Of a stretch of DNA of 64,000 bases, positions 53,832 through 64,000 are shown in pieces. Every line of letters starts with the position of its first letter. The first letter of the stretch is position 1. The notes below the pieces were generated by a model. The model had not been told where the DNA came from. It saw only the letters and a list, made by a program, of their open reading frames with translations, and searched no databases. The translations under genes were made by a program, and so were the position numbers. The stretch comes from Hemiscyllium ocellatum (taxonomy: Eukaryota), in assembly GCF_020745735.1 (NCBI RefSeq), contig NC_083401.1, forward strand, positions 139,063,740-139,127,739, given 5' to 3'.

Positions 53832-53924
53832 CACTCTTCCAAGGTCGAGACCATCCCCAGAGCCACACCACAAGAAGACAAATGACCTTGGAGCTGCAAT
53901 TTCTTCAATTTCCAACTTCATGAT
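53832..53924 (-). CDS. METTL14: METTL14 internal coding exon (93 bp, equivalent to human exon 8)
   Basis: Translates [31 protein letters not shown], near-identical to vertebrate METTL14. AG acceptor at 53925-53926, GTAAGT donor at 53826-53831, phase 0-0. Confidence 0.97.
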
Positions 53925-55194
53925 CTATCAGAGGAAAAACAGATTGCTATGAAGATGCTTTCTTCTCAATTTAAAAATAACTACTTGCAAAATTTTTCTT
54001 GGACATCATAAACTAATTCTCCATTATTCACAAATACATTGTCAGTATTTTTGCTGGGTACAGACTTGAATTCACCTGCTAACCTTTTGTGGACTATTGG
54101 GGTACTTTTCTACAACCTCTTTCCATTTGAGGTATGATTTGCACTCAGGATCATTTCTTTAACGTACAAAAATAATTTATTACAAAAGTTGATGGCAGAA
54201 GTACCTTTGCAAAACGGTATCCAATACTGGTCTGACATTTACAAATATACGAAAACAAGATAAAAATGGGCAGAGAAATAAACATTTAACTTAATAGGTG
54301 TCAATCACGTGATTAAGACAAATAGACCAAAAGCCACAGTAATGGCTTGAAAGATTTGTAAATCTAGTTACTTAGCATAATTTAGCTGATTTTATTGCTA
54401 CAAACCTTTCACAGTTTACAATAACTAAAAGACCCACTGACATCACTAAACAGTATCAGAACTCTCCTTCTCCTTCATTTCAGTTTTGTGTCTCAATATT
54501 TATAATGCGTATATCATTTGCTCTCGAAAGCAATGATAACAGCAAATACATACTTGCTGGTCACATAAATATTTCACTTCAAAAGTAATAATTTGTAAAG
54601 GGCCACTTCTAATCAAAAACCTCCCCAGATTGAAAAAAATACTATAATATGAAAATTGCACAGAGGGTCTCTATGTGATGAGGCAGGAACCAAACCTATG
54701 ACCTGCCTGTAATCAGTGCAGAAGTAGGAAACGTGGCCCATATATGTTTACCACTTGCAGCACTTCGTTCCATAGGTACAGAAGGAAATCATGGTCTTTA
54801 TGCCTCTTGAGGGTCAAAGTCTACCTTGTTTTAATTTCAGCAATGCCACAAAAGAGTGCTGCAAAATATACATATTGGACCACCCTACCAACTTGTAACT
54901 GCTATTCCACTTTAGTCGATAAACTCGGTCCAACAAAGACCAACCTACAGTTCAGTGAAACCACATCTCAAAGGTCAGACGTTCTTGCTTTGGCAGACAC
55001 TAACTTTATTAGACTGTAAACCAGAATAATTCCAGGGAAAGAAAAAAAACAGCGTTGCAACTCTGTCCCCAAGGATAGCACTATGCCACATCAAATAATT
55101 CTTTAACATTGTTCAGTGAAGCTAGTAGAACTGCCAAGTTGCAGCAGAGACATCCTTTTCCAATTCAGTCATGCAAAAGAATACAGAACCCACT

Positions 55195-55722
55195 TTAGAG
55201 TCATGGAGTCCTAGAAATGTGCAGCACGGAAACAGACCCCTCAGTCCAACTCATCCAGGCCAACCAGATTTCCTAAATAAATCTAGTCCCATTTGTCAGC
55301 ATTTGGCCCATCTCCTTCTAAATCCTTCCTATTCACCATCCAGGTGCCTTTTAAATGTTGTAATTCTACCAGCCTCCACCACATCCACTTCCACTGCCAC
55401 TCCTCATCCTCTGATGCTCTCAGAAAAATTGCCCCGATCTATTCAGCCTCTCCTTATAGTTCAAACCCTCCAATCCTGGCAACATCCTTGTAAATCTTTT
55501 CTAAATCCTTTCAAATTTCATAACATTCTTCCTATAGCATGGAGACCAGAATTGAACAGAATATTCCAAAAGAGGCCTAACGAATATCCTAGACATCCGC
55601 AACATGGCCTCCCAACCTCTACGTGCAATGCACTGACCAATGAAGGCAAGCATACCAAACACCTTCTTCACTATCTTAACTACCTGCAACTCCACTTTCA
55701 AAGAACTGTGTACCTGCATCTT
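55195..55722 (-). mobile_element. CR1/HER1 LINE 3' fragment in METTL14 intron
   Basis: VRPLLEYSVQFWSPCYRK motif. Confidence 0.88.
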
Positions 55723-57764
55723 AAATGAAACCTGTGATTCTCCTATCAAGATTTTCCTCAACTCTAGGTGTTTGCAGATTTAGTTCATATAATTGATTAG
55801 CAAGTTGAAGCCATCTGGTCCTTGTGAAAATCTGACCAGGTTAAATTGGAGGTCCAGTAAACAAACTGTAGCACTTATTTTGAGTAAGGTAATGGATGAT
55901 CCAGTAAGCATATATTGTAAAATTTATAACAAATTTTATCCAGGAGAAGATATTACTTGAGTTAAATTTTCAACTAATATTGAAAGTTTTATTTAGAAGT
56001 AGCTTTTACTCTGGAGAAAGAGGACATTCTAAGTGAGGAAGAACTTCAAACAGGATAAAGCTATTGTGCACAATTTACAATGGAACAAAATTCGTAGTTC
56101 TCACATAGACAGTACAAAGGTCCTGCACTTGAGTGGTGAGTTATCATGTTGACAAAATGATTTATCTGAAGCACTGTGAAGAATATTTACAAAATTTGAT
56201 CATACTTAAAAAAAATAAACTACTATATTTCTTTCATCCAGCAGGTAGCTGTCTAATTTTGCATATTATAAAAATTACAGAAATATGAAAAAAAAGTATA
56301 TTTGATTGGGGATCAAAATGGGAAAGAACTATTTTTTAAAAAAAATTGTGGAAGAGATGCTGCACTTTTTAAAAGCAAGCTTCCGACACTTATGGAAAGT
56401 ATTTATTCAACCAGTGGGGGAACATGAATTGCATATGAACTGATGCCAGTGGCGTGTACAAAGTAGACTACAACTGGCAACAAGTTGGCAACTAGTCATA
56501 ACACCACAGACCAATGACAAATGTTTTCGATCCAACAATATGACTCCCAGGTAAATGAACAGCTTGAGTCTGCATGGCATAAACCAGAGCCTTTGGACCT
56601 CCAGAAAGTGGCAAGGTACGGGGTGCAGGGGTCATGGTCTCTGCAATAACTAAGTACCTAAAGCCTGAAGAAAGCTATTTTAGTTCCCTCACAGTTATTG
56701 TAAGCTGGTGCTTTTAACCAAAAAGTCAGAGACTTTATAAACTATGAGTCAGTCACTCTATGCTTCCCGCAGTCAAGTGAAAGTACCTGGAGGAGAAGTC
56801 AAGAAGCAGCACGTCCTGACAAGCCAAAAGGATCATCTCAGCAAACTGGCCAGGAACCACTAAACTAACCTCAGTTTTTCCTGTATATGTTTCTATATAT
56901 CCATACATTTTTTATTTTTTGGGGGGATAGAAAAATTATAAATGGTTACAGTTTTAATCAGCACGGTTATATGCTGACAGTTCACAGTTATAGATCTGTG
57001 CCCAGAATCCATTTACTTGTAATAAATAGTAAATCCAGCTATAGAAACCTGATTAGTATTTTCTATCACCTGGGTCTTGAAAGGACAAGTAAACTAGGCA
57101 CTTTTGTATTTTAATAAAATCTTTAACTTTTGAGATGACTCCAGATATAGCAGGATTTGATTTCCAGAGTGCTACCCGAAGACCAGGCGTGCTATAAAAC
57201 TCACTATTTTTAGCATTATAAGATTGAAGTAGATTTGCTTCCTATTCTTGAATGCAATGTTAATGAATTAATATGCAGCTGCAAAGCCTCATTTTCAATT
57301 GTTAAGTGAAGGGTTTTGTTTGGAAGATTAGGTGAATGTAGACACCTAAACACATGAGATGAATATTTATTTTCCATTTCAGATGTAACTGAATAGGCAA
57401 AATACTGCTATTTGTTTTTCTGAATATTGCTGTTTATAATTCTTCTGGCTCTTGCAAATTTAAGCACCTCCTCATTTGCCTTATGGGCTGTATGTGGAAC
57501 TTCTGTACACATCTTTGCATCCATATTTCAAAAGGCCTGCAGTTTCTCCTGTATATCTTTACATATTGTTCAGTTTTCTGAGGCAGGTAGAATGTACAAT
57601 CTTCACTTTTAAACCTATTTACAAGCGTACGTTTGCTTAATATTACCACATTCTTCACTTTCATATAATTTCTTTGACTGTCTCTATCCTTCTTCTAATT
57701 TCTGCATCACGAACTTTTAAAAACTGCATTTATCCAGAGATATAGTTGCACACTCAGTGGTAAG

Positions 57765-57971
57765 GGCTGCAAGATGGTTCAGTGGTTAGCACTGCTGCTT
57801 CACAGCACCAGGGACCCAGGTTCAATTCCACCCTCAAGCATCTGTCTGCATGGAGTTCGCACATTCTCCCCATGTCTGCATGGGTTTTCTTCAGGTGCAC
57901 CAGTTTCTTTCCATAATCCAAAAACGTGCAGGTCAGGTGGATTGGCCATGCTAAATTGCCCATAATGTTAG
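57765..57971 (+). mobile_element. HE1-like tRNA SINE, 5' half (split by the PLE insertion)
   Basis: tRNA A/B-box-like head (ggttcagtggttagcactgctgcttcacagcaccagggacccaggttcaattcc) followed by HE1 body. Confidence 0.85.
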
Positions 57972-58029
57972 TTGAAAATGTGTTGCTGGTTAAAGCACAG
58001 CAGGTCAGGCAGCATCCAAGGAATAGGAA

Positions 58030-58065
58030 ATTCGACGTTTCGGGCATAAGCCCTTCATCAGGAAT
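58030..58065 (-). ncRNA. Minimal type I hammerhead ribozyme, intact core
   Basis: AUUC-CUGAUGA-A-GGGC(UUAU)GCCC-GAAAC-GUC-GAAU. Stem I AUUC/GAAU, stem II 4 bp, palindromic ACGU in place of stem III, as described for PLE hammerheads. Confidence 0.88.
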
Positions 58066-58198
58066 GAGGAGAGGGTGCCAGGCAGGCTAAGATAAAAGGT
58101 AGGGAGGAGGGACTTGGGGGAGGGGCGATGGAGGATGTGATAGGTGGAAGGAGGTCAAAGTGAGGGTGATAGGCCGGAGTGGGGTGGGGGCGGAGAGG

Positions 58199-59598
58199 TC
58201 AGGAAGAAGATTGCAGGTTAGGAGGGCGGTGCTGAGTTGAGGGAACCGACTGAGACAAGGTGGGGGGAGGGGAAATGAGGAAACTGGAGAAATCCAAGTT
58301 CATCCCTTGTGGTTGGAGGGTTCCCAGGCGGAAGATGAGGCGCTCTTCCTCCAACCGTCGTGTTGTTATGTTTTGCCGGTGGAGGAGTCCAAGGACCTGC
58401 ATGTCCTCGGTGGAGTGGGAGGGAGAGTTAAAGTGTTGAGCCACGGGGTGGTTGGTCCGGGCGTCCCTGAGGTGTTCTCTGAAGCGTTCCGCAAGTAAGC
58501 GCCCCGTCTCCCCAATGTAGAAGAGGCCACATCAGGTGCAGCGGATGCAATAGATGATGTGTGTGGAGATACAGGTGAACTTGTGGCGGACATGGAAGGA
58601 TCCCTTGGGGCCTTGGAGGGAAGTGAGGGAGGAGGTGTGGGCGCAAGTTTTACATTTCCTGCGGTTGCAGGGGAAGGTGCCGGGAGTGGAGGTTGGGTTG
58701 GTGGGGGGTGTGGACCTGACGAGGGAGTCACGAAGGGAGTGGTCTTTGCGGAACGCTGATAGGGGAGGGGAGGGAAATACATCCCTGGTGGTGGAGTCCG
58801 TTTGGAGGTGGCGGAAATGACGGCGGATGATACGCTGTATACGGAGGTTGGTGGGGTGGTAGGTGAGAACCAGTGGGGTTCTGTCTTGGTGGCGGTTGGG
58901 GGGGCGGGGCTCAAGGGCGGAGGAGCGGGAAGTGGCGGAGATGCGGTGGAGGGCATCGTCGATTACGTTTGGGGGGAATCTGCAGTCCTTGAAGAAGGAG
59001 GCCATCTGGGCTGTGCGGTGTTGGAACTGGTCCTCCTGGGAGCAGATGCGGCGGAGACGAAGGAATTGGGAATATGGGATGGAGTTTTTACAGGGGGCAG
59101 GGTGGGAGGAAGTGTAGTCCAGATAGCTGTGGGAGTCAGTCGGTTTATAGTAGATGCCTGTGTTGAGTCGGTCGCCTGAGATAGAAATGGAAAGGTCTAG
59201 GAAGGGGAGGGAGGAGTCTGAGACAGTCCAGGTGAATTTGAGGTCGGGATGGAAGGTGTTAGTAAAGTTGATGAACTGTTCAACCTCCTCGTGGGAGCAC
59301 GAGGCAGCGCCGATACAGTCATCGATGTAACGGAGGAAAAGGTGGGGGTGGTGCCAGCGTAGTTGTGGAAGATGGACTGTTCCACATATCCTACGAAGAG
59401 ACAGGCATAGCTGGGGCCCATGCGGGTGCCCATGGCAACTCCTTTAGTTTGGAGGAAGTGGGAGGATTGAAAAGAGAAGTTATTCAGGGTGAGGACCAGT
59501 TCAGTCAGTCGAAGGAGGGTGTCAGTGGAAGGGTACTGGTTCGTGCGGCGGGAAAGGAAGAAGCGGAGGGCTTTGAGTCCTTCGTGATGGGGGATGGA
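58199..59598 (-). pseudogene. PLE ORF remnant, inverted left arm (RT + GIY-YIG), disrupted
   Basis: Mirror of the right arm: GVAMGTRMGPSYACLF, FPCNRRKCKTC, HIIYCIRCT*CGLFYIGETG. One-base loss in a C-run near 59345 and a CGA>TGA stop at 58532. Confidence 0.92.
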
Positions 59599-61025
59599 CA
59601 TCCAGTCCCTGTACACCTCCATCCCCCATCACAAAGGACTCAATGCCGTCCGCTTCTTCCTTTCCCGCCGGACGAACCAGTACCCTTCCACTGACACCCT
59701 CCTTCGACTGACTGAACTGGTCCTCACCCTGAATAACTTCTCTTTTCAATCCTCCCACTTCCTCCAAACTAAAGGAGCTGCCATGGGCACCCGCATGGGC
59801 CCCAGCTATGCCTGTCTCTTCGTAGGATATGTGGAACAGTCCATCTTCCGCAACTACACTGGCACCACCCCCCAACTTTTCCTCCGCTACATCGATGACT
59901 GTATCGGCGCTGCCTCGTGCTCCCACGAGGAGGTTGAACAGTTCATCAACTTTACTAACACCTTCCATCCCGACCTCAAATTCACCTGGACTGTCTCAGA
60001 CTCCTCCCTCCCCTTCCTAGACCTTTCCATTTCTATCTCAGGCGACCAACTCAACACAGACATCTACTATAAACCGACTGACTCCCACAGCTATCTGGAC
60101 TACACCTCCTCCCACCCCGCCCCCTGTAGAAACTCCATCCCATATTCCCAATTCCTTCGTCTCCGCCACATCTGCTCCCAGGAGGACCAGTTCCAACACC
60201 GCACAGCCCAGATGGCCTCCTTCTTCAAGGACCGCAGATTCCCCCCAAACGTAATCGACGATGCCCTCCACCGCATCTCCTCCACTTCCCGCTTCTCCGC
60301 CCTTGAGCCCCGCCCCCCAACCGCCACCAAGACAGAACCCCACTGGTTCTCACCTACCACCCCACCAACCTCCGTATACAGCGTATCATCCGCCGTCATT
60401 TCCGCCACCTCCAAACGGACCCCACCACCAGGGATATATTTCCCTCCCCTCCCCTATCAGCGTTCCGCAAAAACCACTCCCTTCGTGACTCCCTCGTCAG
60501 GTCCACACCCCCCACCAACCCAACCTCCACTCCCGGCACCTTCCCCTGCAACCGCAGGAAATGTAAAATTGCGCCCACACCTCCTCCCTCACTTCCCTCC
60601 AAGACCCCAAGGGATCCTTCCATATCCGCCACAAGTTCACCTGTACCTCCACACACATCATCTATTGCATCCGCTGCACCCGATGTGGCCTCCTCTACAT
60701 TGGGGAGACGGGGCACTTACTTGCAGAACGCTTCAGAGAACACCTCAGGGACGCCCGGACCAACCAACCCAACCACCCCGTGGCTCAACACTTTAACTCT
60801 CCCTCCCACTCCACCGAGGACATGCAGGTCCTTGGACTCCTCCACCGGCAAAACATAACAACACGACGGTTGGAGGAAGAGCGCCTCATCTTCCGCCTGG
60901 GAACCCTCCAACCACAAGGGATGAACTTGGATTTCTCCAGTTTCCTCATTTCCCCTCCCCCCACCTTGTCTCAGTCGGTTCCCTCAACTCAGCACCGCCC
61001 TCCTAACCTGCAATCTTCTTCCTAA
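59594..61025 (+). pseudogene. PLE ORF remnant (RT from motif A onward, Cys linker, GIY-YIG endonuclease), right arm, frameshifted
   Basis: RT motifs DIQSLYTSIP, GAAMG..MGPSYACLF, LRYIDD, LPFLD and YYKPT; linker CNRRKC; endonuclease IIYCIRCTRCGLLYIGETG..LAERFREH. Frameshifts near 60315 and 60568. Confidence 0.92.
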
Positions 61026-61157
61026 CCTCTCCGCCCCCACCCCACTCCGGCCTATCACCCTCACCTTGACCTCCTTCCACCTATCACATCTCCATCGCCC
61101 CTCCCCCAAGTCCCTCCTCCCTACCTTTTATCTTAGCCTGCCTGGCACCCTGTCCTC

Positions 61158-61193
61158 ATTCCTGATGAAGGGCTTATGCCCGAAACATCGAAT
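61158..61193 (+). ncRNA. Minimal type I hammerhead ribozyme, stem III point mutant
   Basis: AUUC-CUGAUGA-A-GGGC(UUAU)GCCC-GAAAC-AUC-GAAU. A G>A change at 61187 (CpG decay) breaks the ACGU palindrome. Confidence 0.82.
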
Positions 61194-61287
61194 TTCCTAT
61201 TCCTTGGATGCTGCCTGATCTGCTGTGCTTTAACCAGCAACACATTTTCAACTGTGATCTCCAGCATCTGCAGACCTCACTTTTTAC

Positions 61288-61455
61288 TGCCCATAATGTT
61301 AGGTGAGTTAGCCATGGGAAATACAGGACTATATGGATAGAGTTGGGGGGGGGGGGGGGGGGGAAAGAGGGGGAAGAGTCTGGGTGGGATGCTCTTCAGA
61401 GGTATTGACTCGATGGACCAAATAACCTGGTTCAACATTGTAAGGATTCTATGAT
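61288..61455 (+). mobile_element. HE1-like SINE, 3' half
   Basis: Continues the SINE after the TSD and ends with the LINE-like tail cattgtaaggattctatg. Confidence 0.75.
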
Positions 61456-62127
61456 AAATTAACCAAGACAGGATTTTACGCAATAAGTGTTTGACACTTA
61501 TGCTTTAGCACACTAGCAAGATTTGTGCTATTTAACATTGCTGCTCTGATACTGCCATCAAAAGCAGATAATAAAGAATGATGCAGACGTGTCTCTTTCG
61601 GCTTCAAACTTATATTTTATAATTTTTTTTACCTTGTCTTTAAAGTTCTGCTAGTACAATCTTTCAAAAACAACTAAGTTTCAAAATCATTGACTCAAAT
61701 GTCAATTAAAGCCTAGATACAAAGTAGTAACTTTCCTTTTGTCCATTCCCCATTAATATAAATCATTTGGTAAAGCTATAGGAATTTGTCAAACAGTTGC
61801 TAAATGCACCAGCAGGTTCAGCTTACCAGAGAGTTACAGATAGATTTGTGTTTTATTTCCTTTTTAAACTTAGACATTGTTTTAAAAAAAAATTGCTTTC
61901 CTTGATTTAAAACAATCAGGAAAGTAGAAGAGCAAATGAATTATTAAGAATATATAGAAGCAATGGAACTACATACCAGTATAGATTTTTTTCAGAATGC
62001 ATGGGAATTTGAGGCATGCAGCCATTCAGAGAGCTGGGGATACTTTAATATTAAAAAAAAAGTCAAAATAAGATGGTGAAGTAACAGGATAAACCGAAAA
62101 AACTAATTTTAATAAATTAAAAAATTT

Positions 62128-62552
62128 ATTAGGTCGGGAGCGGGGGGACGGTGGAGTGGTAGGTGGAAAAGAAGATAGGCGGGTAGGACAAGTCATGGGG
62201 ACAGTGCTGAGCTGGAAGTTTGGAACTGGGATGAGGTGGGGGAAGGGGAATTGAGGAAACTGTTGAAGCCCGCATTGATACCCTGGGGTTGAAGTGTTCC
62301 GAGGCGGAAGATGAGGCGTTCATCCTCCAGGCGTCTGGTGGTGAGGGAGCGGCGGTGAAGGAGGGCCAGGACCTCCATATCCTCAGCAGAGTGGAAGGAG
62401 GAGTTGAAATGTTGGGCCACAGGAGGGTGTGGTTGATTGGTGCGGGTGTCCCAGAAATGTTCCCTAAAGCGCTCTGCTAGGAGGTGTCCAGTCTCCCCAA
62501 TGTAGAGGAGGCCACATCGGGAGCAACGGATACAATAAACGATATTGGTCCA
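62128..62552 (-). mobile_element. Second, related PLE fragment (GIY-YIG C-terminus and part of 3' UTR)
   Basis: ORF 62193..62594 contains IVYCIRCSRCGLLYIGETGHLLAERFREH...RLIFRLGTLQPQGIN; a diverged subfamily of the large element. Confidence 0.9.
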
Positions 62553-62584
62553 ATATTTGGCGTGGGAGGGGAAGGTCCAGTAAA

Positions 62585-63800
62585 AATGGTTCAACTAAAT
62601 TCTAGGCTCTTAGTTGAATACACATTGCTTTCAAAATGAGAAGAGTTGATTGCACAAATCTAAATAAGTATGATCTGATAGCTATTACAGAAACATGGTT
62701 ACAAGGTGACCAAGGCACATTTAGAGATGCCTGTCATTTCAGGAGAACAGGCAGAAAGCAAAAAAGTTGGAGTCTCTCTATTAGAAGGATGGCATCAGTA
62801 AGGTAGTGACAAATCATAGATTTTACCCTAATCTTGCAAGCTAAGCGAGTCAAGTTTAAAAAAAACAGGGAAATAAATCACTGATTATAATAGTTGGCGT
62901 GCTCCCATTTGGCATGAAACAGTCAATATGTTGAGAAACCAACCAGGGAACAGGCTACTTTAGATTTAGTAATATCCAATGAAACAGGATTGATTATCTG
63001 ATCTAATAGCAAATAATCGTTTAAGGAACAGTGTACATAACATCGTGAATTCCACTTCAATTTGAGAACAAAAATTTTTGTTCTGAAACTAGTGACTAAA
63101 TTTAAAGGCTATTATAAGTAAAAAGTATGAAGATGAACTTGGCTACAGTGAACAGGGAAAACAGATTACAAAGAAAGCTGCTGAATAAGCAGTGGCAGAC
63201 ATTTATAGGAGCTATTTCATAATTCTCAACAAATATATATTTGATGAAGAAAGAAAATCTACACAAGGATGAGTCACCCATGGCTAAAGGTGTTTAGTAT
63301 TGTATTAAATTGAAAGAGAATGTGTGCAATGTTGTGAAGCTTTGTGGTAGATCAGAATTTTGAGAAAAATCAAATACAGTCAGTATAACAAAAAGAGAAA
63401 AAAAAAAGAAACACAAAAAGGAAGTACATTTGTTAGTATATTAAAAAAAGTGTAGCCAATGTAAATGTTGGTCCCAAACCAAAGAGCACAGCCCAAATGG
63501 AGTCACAAACAGAAAAGAGGTCGAGAGAAATAAAACCTGTCATACAGCAGAGTGCATGCACAACAATCTCTATTGTGAAAGATTTTAGAACGTGGAGGCT
63601 TAGGTTAAGGATAAGGGCTGCCTTTTAAAGGATGAGATCAGGAAGAATTGTGTAGTGTTGGGAATTTTGAACCCGAGACAGCTGCAGACACTGCGACAAA
63701 GCAGAAAGATTCTTGAACTATAAGAGATTCAAAGATCGGGGAGCAGGAAAGTGGGGTTGAGGTCAAGATCATATCAGCCACAGCTTTATGCTGGCAAAGG
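62585..63800 (+). mobile_element. Old CR1 LINE remnants (APE region and 3' end)
   Basis: YDLIAITETWLQ endonuclease motif near 62670; 3' end near 63600-63800. Confidence 0.7.
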
Positions 63801-64000
63801 TAGTTCAAACCCCTGCTCCTTTTTTTTAAAAATGTTTTCTTTTAAACAGAAACTAAAAACTTTTTATTATGTTTAATGTTATTTCAACTAAATCTCTTCT
63901 TAGTAATGCTAACAACATTATTGAAGAACAAGTGTTAATGGTTTGAAATGACTTCATCTCCAAGTAATCAGGTATTAAAAAGGGAAAAATAGGTGGCACA

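Larger units (their letters stand above)
57972..61287. mobile_element. Fold-back (palindromic) Penelope-like retroelement, Neptune-type, 5'-truncated
   Basis: Left arm 57970-59598 is the reverse complement of right arm 59618-61253. 19-nt loop; unpaired 3' tail 61254-61287; TSD tgcccataatgttag at 57957-57971 and 61288-61302. Confidence 0.95.

Noticed and set aside
58366-59968. Several Pro-rich or Gly/Val-rich ORFs on both strands
   Set aside because: Alternative-frame and antisense shadows of the C-rich PLE ORF.
59594-60796. 400-aa ORF as an intact gene
   Set aside because: It starts at an internal Met at the truncation apex and runs out of frame after ~60315; the Pro-rich tail is a frameshift product.

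Overview
Vertebrate genomic DNA, by inference from a shark (cartilaginous fish), because it is dominated by HE1-type tRNA SINEs and CR1/HER1-type LINEs. The only gene I recognise firmly is METTL14 on the minus strand. Its last four coding exons lie at 53832-53924, 52877-52993, 49953-50163 and 47895-48199, one intron has a GC donor, and the upstream exons lie beyond the right edge. The most striking structure is a young ~3.3 kb fold-back (palindromic) Penelope-like retroelement at 57972-61287 inside the METTL14 intron. It encodes a Neptune-type RT plus GIY-YIG endonuclease, carries a minimal hammerhead ribozyme in each arm, has a ~34-nt unpaired 3' tail and a 15-bp target-site duplication (TSD), and splits a SINE. 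At least seven short (50-260 bp) insertions from three sequence families repeat much of the same design: inverted arm, hammerhead, unpaired tail and 11-15 bp TSD. The left 46 kb is repeat-rich, with a solo LTR, a Tigger-like end and some low-confidence candidate exons of unidentified genes. Repeat boundaries are approximate unless a TSD is quoted.
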